DNA of 63,432 nt, filler included, from Choristocarpus tenellus KU-1152 (GCA_964200185.2; 12 parts of 12 records of this genome joined end to end with filler, not necessarily neighbours in it); one strand, 5' to 3'. Positions 1 through 13,663 are shown, numbered from the whole stretch's first letter. A program made the numbers and translations. Notes: a model not told the origin generated them from the sequence alone.

Positions 1-1527
1 CCGGTGATTCTCTTCACCACCCTTGCCTGAGTGAACCACGCCGCCACAGAATCACACGATTCACAGTAGTCTATATTCGATCTGTGATAGGAAAAAAAAA
101 CCCAGAAAATTATGAATCGTTAAGCCGCGGAAATTAAATTTTATTGATTTACGAATGCATCTATTTGATGTGCTTTTCTTATCAAATGAATTCAGATGCC
201 GAACGACGATGGTTAAACATAGAGGGTAGTTTGTACTCGATCCGAGATAGGAAACAAAAAAATCAAAATGATTACTGTTGGACCATCAACTTTTACTCGA
301 AAAAATAAACCATGACAAGAAAAACGTGAAAGGATAATCGACAAGAGAGAAATTTGAAAGGAAAATCGATAACAGATAAATGTTTTCATCCACGTCATAC
401 GCGAAATAGAAATGTTTGGGATGGAAAGCGTCGTTGAGGTACTTCCTTTGGAATGCACATAATTGGTGAGGATATCGAACGTGTTGGAGAAGAGGGAAAG
501 ATCGTGCCAAGAAGAATGCGTGGAGGAGTGCTGAGGTGCTGGGTGATGGGGGCTAGCAAGGGATGGTGGCTTTTGTCGTTGTATATAAATATGATGTCGA
601 AAGTGAGGGATTGGTGTGGTGCAATACTTCCTAGAAATGATTACATTCTGACAAAGCAGATGTACGGGGTATGGTGTATTTCTTCATGGACAACACGTTA
701 CGACGGGCAGATGAACGATCGGGGAGGTGACAAGGATTGGAAACAGGAGACATTGGTTTCTTTTCTATTGGTGAATAGTGAAACGAAGTTCAAAATCCCG
801 AATGAGCAAGATTCTATGCTTGAATGAAACGACTATTGAATGAAAAAAAACACGGGGTGTCATCCCTATTCCTTGTTCAACAACATGTCCTAACGGGGGG
901 GGCGAACTGCTTCAGGATGTCAGGTGGATTGGGTACGGCTACGTCGCGAGAGGTATAATGAAATGTATATTTCGCATGGGTGGCATCTACTACTTGAAAG
1001 AAAAAACAATTTGGAATGGTAAAAAGCGCAGGGGATAATTCCCCTGTGCCTTGAACAACATGACAGAACGGGCAGTGAACTGCTACGGTAACTGACAAGA
1101 ACTGCCTAAAGAGGAGTATCGACTCTATCATTTTTGTGAACTCTTGAAATGGTGTCGAAAACTCGGAGAGGTTTAGGGGCAATATCTGAAAGAAAGAGTT
1201 ACTCATTGAAAGGGAAAAAATTTAATAGGGCTCCTATTCCTCTCCACAACACTTCACAACGTAGTTAGTGAAGCGCCGCATGTACGGATATAATTTGGCT
1301 GCAGTGGAGGGTGACTATTTATGTAGAAAAGCTGGCATGGGAGTTAGGGCAACGAACATTACGGACTATGTTTGAGAGGGAGCATCCGACCTGTGCGAAA
1401 AGAAGAGGTTGGTAAGTTTTGCAGACCTACAAACTTTTTCTAACAAGACTGTGATAAGTTGATCAACGTATGTGCCAGGGACATGGGATCGTCGAAATTA
1501 ATGAGAGATGTGCAACGCCATGATGGA

Positions 1528-1786
1528 GAGTGAAAGTATCTTAGAGGGTACGAGTTTTGCCCTGTTTGTCCATTAGGGGCTTGCCTTCCCTCGGGTGTTT
1601 TTATGACATTTTCTTACTCCATAATATTTCGGAGTAGGTAAAATGTGTATGTTGTGAAAAGGTGTGTCCGCGACAAGGATATTGACACTTCCTAAAAAAC
1701 ATGACAGCCAAAATTATATCAAAATCGCAACACTGGATTTTGGCCCCCAAATGGACGCGGCTCTACCCTCTAAGATACTTTGACTC
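1528..1786. mobile_element. MITE family B, complete copy (~259 bp)
   Basis: TIR GAGTGAAAGTATCTTAGAGGGTA...TACCCTCTAAGATACTTTGACTC, 3-bp flanking duplication GGA/GGA, and a second full copy at 59854-60110. Confidence 0.88.
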
Positions 1787-2159
1787 GGACATATAGGAAG
1801 GGATGTATTAAACACTGTTTTCATAAACTTTGAAAATATTGACAACCACTTCGGAATTAGTGAGGAGAAGGGGTTAGAGTGGTGCACATGTGGTGGCTGG
1901 AATCATCGATAATAACAGGGACATGGCTATTTTTTGGTCTCAATCATTCGAAACAATAGGGACTTCATGAGTTTGTTGACATGCGTGGTCTTCTTGAGAG
2001 TGTACATGTGGGCTAGGCTGCAAGAGTATGCCTCATTTCTTCACAAGTTGTGTAAAGGAGAATGCTCTCCAAATAAGGGGTGTAACATACACGACCTTAG
2101 AGTCATGTGTAGGGTTTGTATTTGCGATGGAGTGTTCTACAAGAATAGGTTGTATAATG

Positions 2160-2185
2160 ATGTGTGTGTGTGTGTGTGTGTGTGT
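2160..2185. repeat. (TG)n microsatellite
   Basis: Read directly from the sequence. Confidence 0.9.
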
Positions 2186-2399
2186 AGGCACGATTTCATG
2201 TGCAGTTGTTATTAGGCTTGATGATCCATGCGTTTGTTGCGGGTCTCAATGTCAAAGGTGGTGTTGTATAGAGTAGGGTTTGGAGAAGAAATATGGGGGT
2301 ATGGTTGAGTCGTAACACCACAAACAGACCCTACCGTGTTTAGGGTATTAGTAAATTCCGGTTTTCACTAAGCCCCTGGGAAAGTATGCTGGCATTCCG

Positions 2400-3120
2400 A
2401 TATTGAGGGTAGGACGACACGGTCATAGCAAATACTACTGAAACTCAATCGCTCAATCTCACGCAAATGCCACTGAAGATTGGCATATATGGTGATCAAC
2501 ACGTTTCACGTAACATGTTGTGAATGCATTGCTTAATGGCTAGGGGTAAAGGCTGGGTTATAAAATCGTAAGTAGTGCACAGGTCATACAGTCTTAGCCT
2601 CCAAACGTCGGTCGGACCAGGAGGTATCAGCCAGTGTTCAAACGGTGTGTAAATGTGTACAAGAGTAACCGTGTAGGGGGGGGGGGAATACGAAGGATCG
2701 AGGCTGAATGCTCCGAATTGCACACAAATTGGCGTGTTGTAATTGGACGGATGATAGGGAGGTTCATCAGGCAAATCATTCAACTCTCTGCGATAGTGTC
2801 AACTGATAGCGGGGAAGGAAAAATTCGTGTTCACGATTGTGTTGGATGGTCTGGAAGGACTGCGCACATGCATGCCATCAAACTCACTTGTTGCCCGATG
2901 CTTTTGACATCCTCAAATCCAGCAATTGCGAAGCCTTTCCGTGTTTGCCCTTTGCAGTGGGTCGATGTGGGCGTGTTGCAAAGCGGGCAGCTGAGACCTG
3001 TGAGGAAGGAGAGGCACGCTTGGCTCTTAGCCGCTGGTCCGGATGGAAGGCTGTCCACGGGTGTGTTGATTCCTGTCCCGATTTCCGTGCACCTCCTTCT
3101 CTCATACAGAACAGGGTGAG
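2400..3120 (-). pseudogene. Degenerate ORF with a Cys/His motif (CPLC...KGQTRKG...GQQVSLM), possibly a transposon protein remnant
   Basis: Protein-like reading interrupted by stops and frameshifts. Family not identified. Confidence 0.3.
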
Positions 3121-4169
3121 CTGTATATTCACCTCCCAACTACATGTATGTCGTACCTATATACGTATATGAGGTATATACGATTACGGATGATGTAATA
3201 TGGTTTGGTTGAAATCCTAGCAAAACACACATATGAACAACAACCCTATCTGCATCCGTTACGTATTGCACCCCATGTCGTGCCTCGAACCAATCAGGTT
3301 TCATCCCTGCACACCTTGCATGAAAATACCTGTGTCATAACAACGTCAAACCAACTTTTACTTATTTTTAGATGATGCAGAAGATCTATATATTCTTTCA
3401 AACATATCCCATACCCATCTCAGCCACACACAGTTTTTCGGAAGATAAATGCTCAGGTAGTTCTTAGATGGGAATAAGTGAGGCAAACATCTTGTGGTGG
3501 GATTGGACGCCACCCAGGCATTCATGGGCCGACGACGTCATCGTAACCTCCCGTTATCGTCCAATACAAGAAATTGAACCTATACCTACATATATAGTTC
3601 ACACAGAAGTTAAAAGAGTGTATAAACGACTGCCTCTCAGGCGAGATTACGTTGGCTCTTTAATTCCACATATTTTTCGTCTATTTTGGAATATATTGTT
3701 TCATTCTAACGGTCTTTGACTACTGTTTCCCATATATTCTTCCTTCATGCGAAAGAAGAAGGTCAGATAGAATAGGTTCTATGTCGGAATCCCCCATCGC
3801 GCATCGAGTAAGATATTCATCTATAAATATTTTATTATTTTGCGCTCTTCTGACATTTTGCAGATGTGTCAGGGGGAAACCAATGAAAAATATATACATA
3901 TGTGTATATTAATATCGTTCTGTTCTCAAATAATGAGGTATCCAGCCAATCACGTTCGCCATATCCACAATTTCACACTCGAAGTTAACGTCGATGTACT
4001 TTCTCGAAGAGCAAACACTCCCTTCCTCCAAACGTTTCATTCGAAAAAGAAACAATAAAATATCCAAATGGAATCATTACAATATGATTAACGTGCCCCA
4101 ACCTGCCTACACACCTTCCCCGTTCACAGTGGATTCGCAAAATTGAGGATGGAGCGGGACTATGAGGAT

Positions 4170-4269
4170 NNNNNNNNNNNNNNNNNNNNNNNNNNNNNNN
4201 NNNNNNNNNNNNNTTAATTAATTAANNNNNNNNNNNNNNNNNNNNNNNNNNNNNNNNNNNNNNNNNNNN
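4170..4269. other. Artificial contig linker N44-TTAATTAATTAA-N44. First of 11; the others are at 6891, 22821, 26227, 29259, 32202, 35008, 41313, 44213, 53451 and 60774.
   Basis: Identical 100-nt spacer carrying stop codons in all six frames, repeated 11 times. Confidence 0.97.
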
Positions 4270-6700
4270 ACTTTGCACCGGTTTGAAGGCACAATAAGTA
4301 CCAGTTTTGTTAACACATGCTCTGCCTATTGTTTGGTACTTGGAAGGATTCATCAAGCTTTCTCACGTAGAATGAAAGGAGGTCCTACAACGGAATGTCA
4401 AGAGCAGGCCATGGAAGCCATTTGCAACTGCTACTATATGCACATACTCCAGCGTGCAACACAGACAAGGTGGCACTTCTTGTTGTAGCTCTTGACCCTC
4501 TTCCAGACTAGCCATGGTGTGACACTGCCTTGTCCTCTCCCTCCCTGCCCTTGCACCAGAGGTTGGAATGGCTGAATGGGTTTATTGACCCGGTGAATAA
4601 CTGGAAGCGGCTCCCTGGCTTCAAGTCTCCTTGGTGGGACCAAAGAGGACGTAATTCCCTGTGCAGGTGATGGTAATTGCTACTACAGAACAGAGATATT
4701 CTGTGCCTTGATAGGTGTTGTGATGAGGGGCCCCAACTACCCTTGGATCTTGCAAAAGATACGGACAACACTCATGAAAGCGTCGGATGCTCCAGACAGC
4801 GTGATTGAGGTGCTCCATCCATCATTGCATACGTGCCAAAACTGACAGGAGTAGTTGGTGGTGTTGTTTACAAGCTGATTCTTGAATTGGAGATTGGAGC
4901 CCTGGTTTTGGAGAGGTATGAGGGCTGGTAGTAACCCATCGGTTCTTTGGATTGCTATCTCTTGGGGTGGGAAATCAGTAAGGTAAACGTGCATTATTTC
5001 AAGAGGATGAGCATGTTGATGGCTGACAGCACTCTAGTTTACGATTGTAAATACCTAAACGTGGATCTCTTGTAAGTCCTTTTTGGTGCATGTAAGGAAG
5101 GTTTGTGATGGTATTGATCAGGGCTGGGTTGAAGGATAAGGTTTGGTATGTACGTTTGTGAAGCGGTCAAAATGGCGTAGCAGTTCTTTTTCTCACTCCA
5201 CTGAGGGACTAGGATGGAACAGATGTATTCTACCAAAAACAGATCTTAGTTCTAAGTAGGATCACCCTACAGTGGTAATATCTTTTCTCACTTGATGTTC
5301 TTGTAGGAGATGAAAATCTAAAAACTGGGTATTGTATCATGATAGGCACCCATAGGCTTATAGTCTGAGGTAGATTGTAAATTCTTCTCCAAGTAGTGTC
5401 ATCTTAGGTGATTAAGTAGGTATTTTCGTCCCATACCTGTAGCACTATGCATGACTGCAGGTGTACACGTGTTGCATCCAGAGCAGTTGACCATGAAAGT
5501 CATAGTTTGATGCCCCAGAATTCGTTTGTCCTGCTATGGATGAATTATTCTCATATCTGTCATTACAACATATTATAGCGAAAACCTGTTGCGGTAACCT
5601 TCAACCCTCCCTCCTGCCCCTTCCCAGTTATTTTTTCCCAACTTGTGCCTTGAGAAGAAATATCATGACGACCTTGCCATGACTGAGGCATTTCTCATCT
5701 TTTTTGAAGAGGAAGGTGCAGTGGATTCAGCCCGCATCATACTCAAGACATTGATTGGAGATGATGGAAGCATTGACCGGGGGTTGATCATTATTGCCAG
5801 GATGCTACAACTGGAGGGGTTGCACCTCCTCAAGGACCATAGCCAGTGTATTGTGAGTCTGTTGCCAAGTATGGAGCCAAAGCAACTCCTAACCAATTCT
5901 TAATCGTTGCCTATTTTGCCATATATATCTCCATAGCCCATTGAACTCTGATATCCTTCTCAAATTATCGATGACAACATGACTTGTGAACTTTGGACAT
6001 GTATAGGTTTCCCAGAGGGAGCACGACGAGGAGGTGCTGGGGACTAGGACACTATGCCACGCCATATGCAAGTGGTGAAGGGAGTGAATGCATTGGCGTG
6101 GGTTCTTGGCTTGAAGGTCAATGCCTCCAACTTCTCAGATAATGGCTTCAAGGCAAGGAAGCACCCTGGCCTCCCCATGACCTCTGGGCTTCTGTAGTCA
6201 AATACTTTCCTTAGACTCACACCATGTCACCTCTCTCTCCCTGGGCACCCCTTAATCTCATGTCTCTCTAGGTGTACTCCATCCCCACATGTCTGTGGGA
6301 GCCATGCCTCAAGGGTCAGCCAATCCTCACTGTTGAAGGGCTGCAAAGCTTCCACCGAGGAGGGCACTACGAAGTCTTGGTGGATCAACACTCCACAGTG
6401 GGCAAGATAGTAGTGTCCATGGTGTCCACTCTGGTTGGTATCCCATGTACTTTCCAACCAATCTCGGAGGTGACTCATGGTCCAGCCCTGTTGATAGGTT
6501 GGGGTGTCCTTTGTTGAAATATGTGTACCAGCCTTTCCAATTGATGAGGTGGTGTGATCTTAGAACATTCCCACCACACTTGCAAGCAAAATATTTGGCA
6601 GGACAAGAGGTTGAGTCTCCTTCAACAAAAATTAGGATTATACCCACCTATTTGCTATTGTCTGACTTAGGTGTAACACCCCAGGATTGAAGCAACAACC
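4270..6700 (-). mobile_element. Heavily decayed transposon-like coding remnant
   Basis: Fragmentary frames with Cys/His motifs (TCGDGVHLERHEIKGCP; YDFHGQLLWMQHVYTCSH), many stops, and no splice-consistent gene. Confidence 0.3.
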
Positions 6701-7336
6701 TCGAAATTGAAAAAATAATATTAGACTTAGGGTTTGTGATGGAAAATCATGTTGCGAATCCCCATGAAGATGAAGCATTCATATCATGTGAGCTACTACA
6801 GCCATTTCTAACATATACAACTCCAAGAGTGACCAATGCCTGGTCCAAAGTCAGTCTGTCACGTGTGAACACCGGTAACATGAAAGTTCTNNNNNNNNNN
6901 NNNNNNNNNNNNNNNNNNNNNNNNNNNNNNNNNNTTAATTAATTAANNNNNNNNNNNNNNNNNNNNNNNNNNNNNNNNNNNNNNNNNNNNTGTTATGATG
7001 GTTTTGGCGTCTTGTGATGATTGCAATGATCTTTGTGCTTCCCTGAATGAAGAGTTCCCCACCAAAAACCTTGCCTTATTGTCTCAGTTTTCTGGTTGCA
7101 TTCACACAAGAGATTGGTAGCGTGGTATGTTAGAACACTAGTAAATGCACGCTACTCTCGTGGGATCGAATCTCGCCATGATTACACATCTGTCAAAAGG
7201 CAAAACATGTCGCCAGGATACACAACCTCACATTAGTAACTGCCCCGCCGAAGTTGGTCACTGATTAGAGGGATAGCAACCCTTGGGCGAAACCTCATCA
7301 AGTCTAACAGCTTGCGATCCCCAGGATTAGCTTTTG

Positions 7337-7435
7337 TTAGATCACTAGTAAACCCCTGTCTACCGAGGAGACAGTTGTGAGCAGGTAGTCAGCGACTGTC
7401 TACTCGGTAGACACAGGGGTTTACTGGTGTTCTAA
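7337..7435. repeat. ~99-bp hairpin / mini-MITE
   Basis: Arm TTAGATCACTAGTAAACCCCTGTCTACCGAG pairs with CTCGGTAGACACAGGGGTTTACTGGTGTTCTAA. The right arm recurs at ~60935-60968. Confidence 0.8.
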
Positions 7436-8853
7436 TATGTTACCCTCTCCATTACTCAAACTACATTGACAACTTGTGTGAACGTTTCCCCATCCAAACA
7501 ACCACCCCCATCCCTGCAGTTTCTGAAGGGGTTGAGCAAGGTTAGAAGCATAGCAGTGTACACATTGCTTTGCAGTCACCAACCTTCAAGGAAAACATTG
7601 TTGTATTGTTAGTTTCAAATAGTAATTTTTCTTTAGAAAAGAGAGGTATCTTTTGCATCAATGACGATTATTTTTATTGTAATCTCTGAGACGTGAAAAA
7701 TGTCATCGGGCACAACACACATTAGCATGTTCTACATCCATTCAGTGATGGGTTCTATACAGAACGATAATAGATAGGGACAATGCAGTTTGGAAATTGT
7801 TATATAATCCTGCTCTTGGACGGTAGAGAGTGGATAGCACCTAAGAGCGAGGTGCCATTGAGTGTAAATGACCTTACGTAGAGTTATAAACCGAGAGGAT
7901 CTGCAACTTGGGAGTGTAATGCTTCAGCTCTCTCTGGAAAATTGCGATTAATTGTCTGGGTTATAGAACATAGCATGTGGCCAGCGATCAGTGTACCTGT
8001 GAGGAAATAGGTCCAAGTTTTGAATAACCCTGCCGAAGGCAGAAAATTTTGAATCTAACATTGCACACATACGTGCACGTGTCATCATGTATGAAACAAA
8101 CAGGAACTTTCATAGGCATGTACGCACACAGAAATTTCGTGGAGGAACTGAATAATATCGGTTTGAAGAGATTTGGATATAGGTTGATCCCGGTCAATTG
8201 GATGCAGCCAATTATAATTGGTACCGGTTCACAACTCTACTCCCATGTAACTGCCTTGTGGAACATGTGTTTTGAGCTCTTTGGAGGGCGTTTTCAACCA
8301 GCAATGTCTTCGCAGCATAGCTTCTCTTCAACAGCCACAACCTCCCAAGGGCCAACTGCATTTCAAGCATGGGCATGGTGTATATCGCACAAAGTTCAGA
8401 TAGTTCTTAAAACTCAAAATGGCTGAGTTGACCCCTTCTTTGACAGTTTCTCAGATTATCCTAGGTAAAGGACAATCACAGGAGAGCAGGGAATCGTATC
8501 ATAGTTGTTGGTGAGAGAATTCCCTACTCCAAAGATTCAAAATTATTGTTTTGACCTATGGGTAGCATAAGGAGTGTGGGAGGTGCAACATGACCCATAA
8601 TCCCACTTCCTCAACTCCCTTGACATCAAGCTCTTTACGGTGAAATGTAAACTTCAAACTGATCATACTTCACAGTAGGTACTATCCAAACTGATCAACA
8701 CAAAGAACACAACCCCTCCTATCACTATCGACCACAAAAATACACACCTGTTACAACCAAGAATCAACCCAATCAATTGATCATGTTTTCCACAGGTCAT
8801 AGTTCCTTATGGAATGAATAGCTCTATTAAGAATAACACATAATCAATGCACC

Positions 8854-11800
8854 TTAGTCCCAGGCTGATTTCGACCCCGCCACCCCCTCACCACCCCACC
8901 CTACTGTCTCCCTCTCTCCCCTCGCCTTTAGCATGGCTTCCACCGTGAATTCCCTTGAAGCCCCCCCCCCTAACCCCACTTTCCCACCACTCTCATGCTC
9001 CCCTTCTGACTTTCCCCTTCTTTCACTTTCCCGCTGCCGTTTCTGTCTTTTAACAACCACGGCAACCACACCAGATCTATCCTTACCACCACCAGGAGGG
9101 TGCTTCATTCCCGCAACCTTCACACCAACGCTGCCACTCTTTCCTTGGGCAGATGGCAGTGGAAGCTCCTCTGCTGAAGAATAGTCTGCTTCAACGGCAG
9201 ATCCCCTCACCACCTCCGCTTCCTGACCCTTTACCTTCCCTTTCTTCTTTTTCTGATCCTTCCCACTATCTTTTTTTGCTTTCTTGTCCTTGACAGCCTT
9301 CGCCACTTCTTCAGTACTGTCCTGTGGGCTCTCCTTTTCCGGCACTACTTTTGTTTCCCCCTGCCTCTCACCTATCAGATCATCCCCTGCAGATTTGATG
9401 ACAGTTCCTTCCTCTTCGTGTTGCCTCTTCTTTTTCAACTTCTTCCCCCGCCCAACGCCACCACCCTCTTCTGCACCCTTCCTTTTAGATTTCCCATCCA
9501 ACACACTCATTTCAGATTTCTCGCCCTCAACTAGCCCTATCCCCAGAACCCCTCTACTTGTCCCCTCTGCCTTCCCTTCCCTCTCCTTTCCGCTTCCTTC
9601 AGAGCAACGCCCCTTGTCTCCCTTTCCTTTGGCAACCTGTCCCATTGTCGGACATATCTCCTCCATTCTTCCCTTTTTATCTTTCCTTGCCCCACTCGCA
9701 CGATCCTCATCAGCTCCCAACCCTTCACCCTTTGGTACCTTTCGATCATGGAATCCATGACTTTTCTTCAAGAGGGTCCTCTTCCCATCAGTCACTTTGA
9801 GCCCAGGGAAAAGTGACCTCAACTTCTCTGCATAAACACTGCCTGGCACATTTGACTTGCCCTCAGCCCCTTGCTCTCCTCCTTCCTTCTCAGTCCCACC
9901 AGGTACCTTCCTCTTATACTTCTTCTTGCCCATAGCCACACTACTGTGGTGCTCATCTCCCTCTTCACACCCTGATGTTTTCAGCATTATGGAGGTAGGG
10001 AGTCTGGAGGGTTGCAAGATATAAAGCATTTTGTGGTAGTGGACATCCACAGTGTAAACAAAAGCAAGGTTTAACCTTGGGTACAAACATACTTCTACCC
10101 TCTCCATTGTCCTAGTCAACAGCAGCAACCCTAGAATGCCTTGAGTATGGTCACTGTACTAGTAACTATAGCCAACAGCTTTTGCTACAAAACAGCGTTG
10201 TGATAGTAACTTTGTCCAGCATTTCTAGGTAATTTAAAGCACAGGCATCTACCATCAACGCATCAGACAAGAAACTAACAGAAGGCATAACTGCACCAAT
10301 CTCATCCATATTGTTCACCCATACCCAAACCTCTGTGTTGCATGAAATGCACCCTGCACCACCCACTCCACAGTAGAGCAGATATACTCACAAAAATAAC
10401 CTAACTCAGGTAGATGCTCTCCATACTGAATAACAAGATCATTGAAGCTCTTGCTAGAAAAGTTGTGTGCAGCAAGTGGTAAATGTTACCAAGACTAAAA
10501 CCCCCCTGGAATGAAGGCAAAAGATTGAAAGCACAAAGTTTGTACATAAGATTTCTGAACTTGTTTTTTCTCCTTCAGATGGGGGGGGGGTCTGATGACA
10601 GATACAAGTCTCCACACAAATACTCCTCCTCTCACATTACACGGACGGTTTTGGACGAGGATAGTCACAATCCAACAGTCTACACACTAAGCCTCACCCA
10701 AAATATCAGGGGACACCTCCAACTGCAAGCGAAGGAAAGTGTGCAATTCGCAAAACGCCTCCTTTTTTGCTACACCAATTGAACAGATGCCATAGATGGC
10801 AGGGGCGATCGGGTCAAGAGATTCTGTTCACTTCACACAATAAAGAGAGTTGTAGGTGGAGCTAGAAGTCAACCTATGGATACTTGAAAAGAGCTATTGT
10901 CGGACACCCCACACACTAGTGAAGACAGGGTGCACAGAAAGATCAGCATGCATATATATGCTCACTGGGAACATGGCCCAGCAACATAACAACCAGACCA
11001 GATCTCAATTTGTTGCCCTAATATAATGTAACAGATGAGACTCACTGCTTAGAGGGAGGAAGGAGAGGCGGTTTTGAAGCCACAATTTGCTTGACAATAG
11101 CAGCAACCTACTCATGCACCTCCATCTCCACAGATGACTCAACGGAAAAACCCTTCCAATATTTCCTTTTTATTTAAATACTAGGTGTACCATGTTCCAC
11201 TGCTCTGATGATACTCAAAAATCGCATGGTGTTGCACCACTCATCCCTATTGCCATGAGTCCACTCTCCTGTGCCCTCAAGTCCACACCCTGTGGACTTC
11301 AATATTGAATAGCAAAACACCACTATTCACTCCGTTCATTCATCACAATAGTGTACCTCCCCCTCCCTCATTCTCCTCTGCCACCCTGGGATGCCTGTCT
11401 CGATAGTATGCTCTCACCTCCACATATGGGATTCCCTGCCAGGCTGAGCTGCACGAGGCTGGAGAGGGCCGTCAACCGATTTACCCCTTGCCAGTCTTGG
11501 ATGTCATTATGACCCAACTCCAAGGTTCGGAGTGCAGTGTTCTTAGCGAGGGACGCTGGGATCGCCTGCACCTGATTGTGAGATGCCCTGAGCTCCTCAA
11601 GGGCACTGCATTGCAGGTGTCAACAAGGGTGGGGAAAATTGGAATAGATACTATTTGCAGCTCTTGGGTGCAAGTTTTCCCAAAAAGTGCCCAGAGCAAA
11701 GGGGGGAAGGGGGGGGGGAGGTTCAAGAGTGATGAATAAAGGTGAAAGGGATGGATGGACAAGGTGCTTGTTGTGTTTATGGGGTGCATAGTGAGGTAGT

Positions 11801-13663
11801 GGAAGAGGAGTGAATCTGTACAAGTGAGATCTTCTGACGGAGGTAGCTAAATACTACCCAGTACTTTGCAGTAGAATATAACCAGAAGAATATTAAAATT
11901 AGTTCAATCATACGCAGAAAGGGTTCCGTGGAAAACAAAACTCAACATACCCATCTGTTAAGCAGGGTCAAAATAGGGACTTTTTGGGGGGGCAGATCAC
12001 TAATCTAGGAAATTTCCAATTTATGTCAGCTAAGATGTTGAAATTCGGCAGAATGGTATGAAGCTCTAACAACAATAAAGGTATCCCCACTTAGACATAA
12101 ACTGTCCCAACAATTTCTTACAGTAGTGCTGACTAATCGGCAACCCTATTATAAACACTGCTACAGAGGAAAGACCTGACCACAGTCCACTCTACACAAG
12201 CACCACACTAACTTCCCAACACTTGTGGGTCAAAGATCCCATGCAAACAGGCTAGAAAACCACCTCACACTCCCATATTCTATCCTTGAACCAAGGGATA
12301 ATGATCAAAGTCACCTGCAATGTGAGAGATCAGGGATCTCAAGGAGTTGATTATGTGATATAGAGAGCTTGGTGAGCTTGGTTAAACGGCCTAGTCCTGA
12401 ATTGGCAAGTGACTCCACCTGTGGCAAATATGAATGCACACAGAGAGCCAGACCAAAGGCGTTAAAAGAAAGCAGTCATTGCCAGCACTTGGGAAAATGG
12501 GGACAAGATTGACTCGTCAGAAAATTATGATGTGCAAAAGTCCAGGGATCCTGCCCTCTATTCCTAGCAGGCGGTAATGCTCAGGGACACACCTTGTTGT
12601 GGCTGAGTACTATGGTGTTGAGTGAGGCCTGCACGTCCTTATTGAACCATGAGGAAGCCACCTCAGAGATGTCGTTGGAGGCAAGGACCAGGGCTTGGAG
12701 CTGACGGAACTTACCGAAGACCGTAGATGGGATGTGTTTCAACTTCAAACAGGGCGAGAAGAAGGGAGAGAGTTATCCATATTATTGCCAAACCCTCAAA
12801 AGGCAACGGACAGCACACTCTATCCATACAGACAGTCTACGCAGAATCAACCACTACCTAACATTCTCTCATCTTCGCCCATTCGTTCACTCCCACGGGG
12901 TCCACTCTGCCTCACACCAGTTGTCACGTCGAACCATCACGAGTGGGCCAGAAGATGCCCTACATACCTTGTTGCCGGTAGCATTAAGGACCTTAAGATC
13001 TTGGACCGACCTCACCCCCTCCAGTCCCTCCGCGGTGAGCTCGTTATTCGCAACCTGTAGATAGGTCACCTTCAATGCAGGTAAATGAGGTGTTGAGACG
13101 GGACATGTTGAGAGCAACAGATGGTGCCATGAACCAGTCGGGCGGCAATTCACTAGGACCAGCCACTTACTTCCGAGTCATCAACGCATAAAATGACGAA
13201 AACTGCAGAAAGGTTGAGTTGCAACACATTTTTCACGCCAAGACCTTTCTAGAGTACCCCAACCACACTCACCGACGGACAGCCCTGGAGCTTGAGGCGC
13301 GTAAGAAGGTTTCCTGACAAATCAAGTCTCCTGATAATAACAAATATACACACGTAAAGGGTGGGGGGCATGCATCATGGAGGTTTAGGTCGAGTAGTAA
13401 ATGGTGTCATTGGGTTCAATTACAGTATAGTACTCTTTCTCTGCTCTGGATCAAATCCGATTTCCACACCTGAGGGCCGGAAATTCTAGGCTCTCGATGG
13501 TCTTGATGCCTCGCTTAGATAGATTAAGCACTGTAACTTCATCCTGGACAGTTGCCTTGGCACTCCCGCTCTGTCTGGAAGCTGCCTTGACTGCTTTCTC
13601 AGAGGTCAACTTGCGGATAAGAGGCTGGGAAAGAGACTCTCTTTTGTCCTCAGCCACGGCCAT
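8854..13663 (-). CDS. Leucine-rich repeat protein (SDS22-like LRRs plus LRRcap) with a long Lys/Gly/Glu-rich C-terminal tail. Seven exons: 13663-13470, 13330-13273, 13069-12968, 12742-12593, 12418-12315, 11605-11418, 9971 (or 9842)-8854.
   Basis: All introns are GT-AG and phase-consistent. Repeats LNLSKRGI, LDLSGNLL, LQVANNEL, LNATGNKL, LVLASNDI, IVLSHNKV, LSISHNQL, LRASHNQV, LELGHNDI, LSLAGNPI are followed by YAEKLRSLFPGLKVTDG (LRRcap-like). Confidence 0.9.

Noticed and set aside
1-1300. Short AT-rich ORFs as genes or viral remnants
   Set aside because: No recognisable domain, splice structure or long ORF.
4170-4269. Recurrent TTAATTAATTAA palindrome as a biological motif or TTAA target site
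   Set aside because: It is always centred in a fixed 100-nt N spacer, so it is an assembly linker. Cross-gap gene neighbourhoods were therefore not interpreted.
8933-9800. Plus-strand Ser/Pro/Phe-rich ORFs
   Set aside because: Antisense shadows of the purine-rich last exon of the LRR gene.
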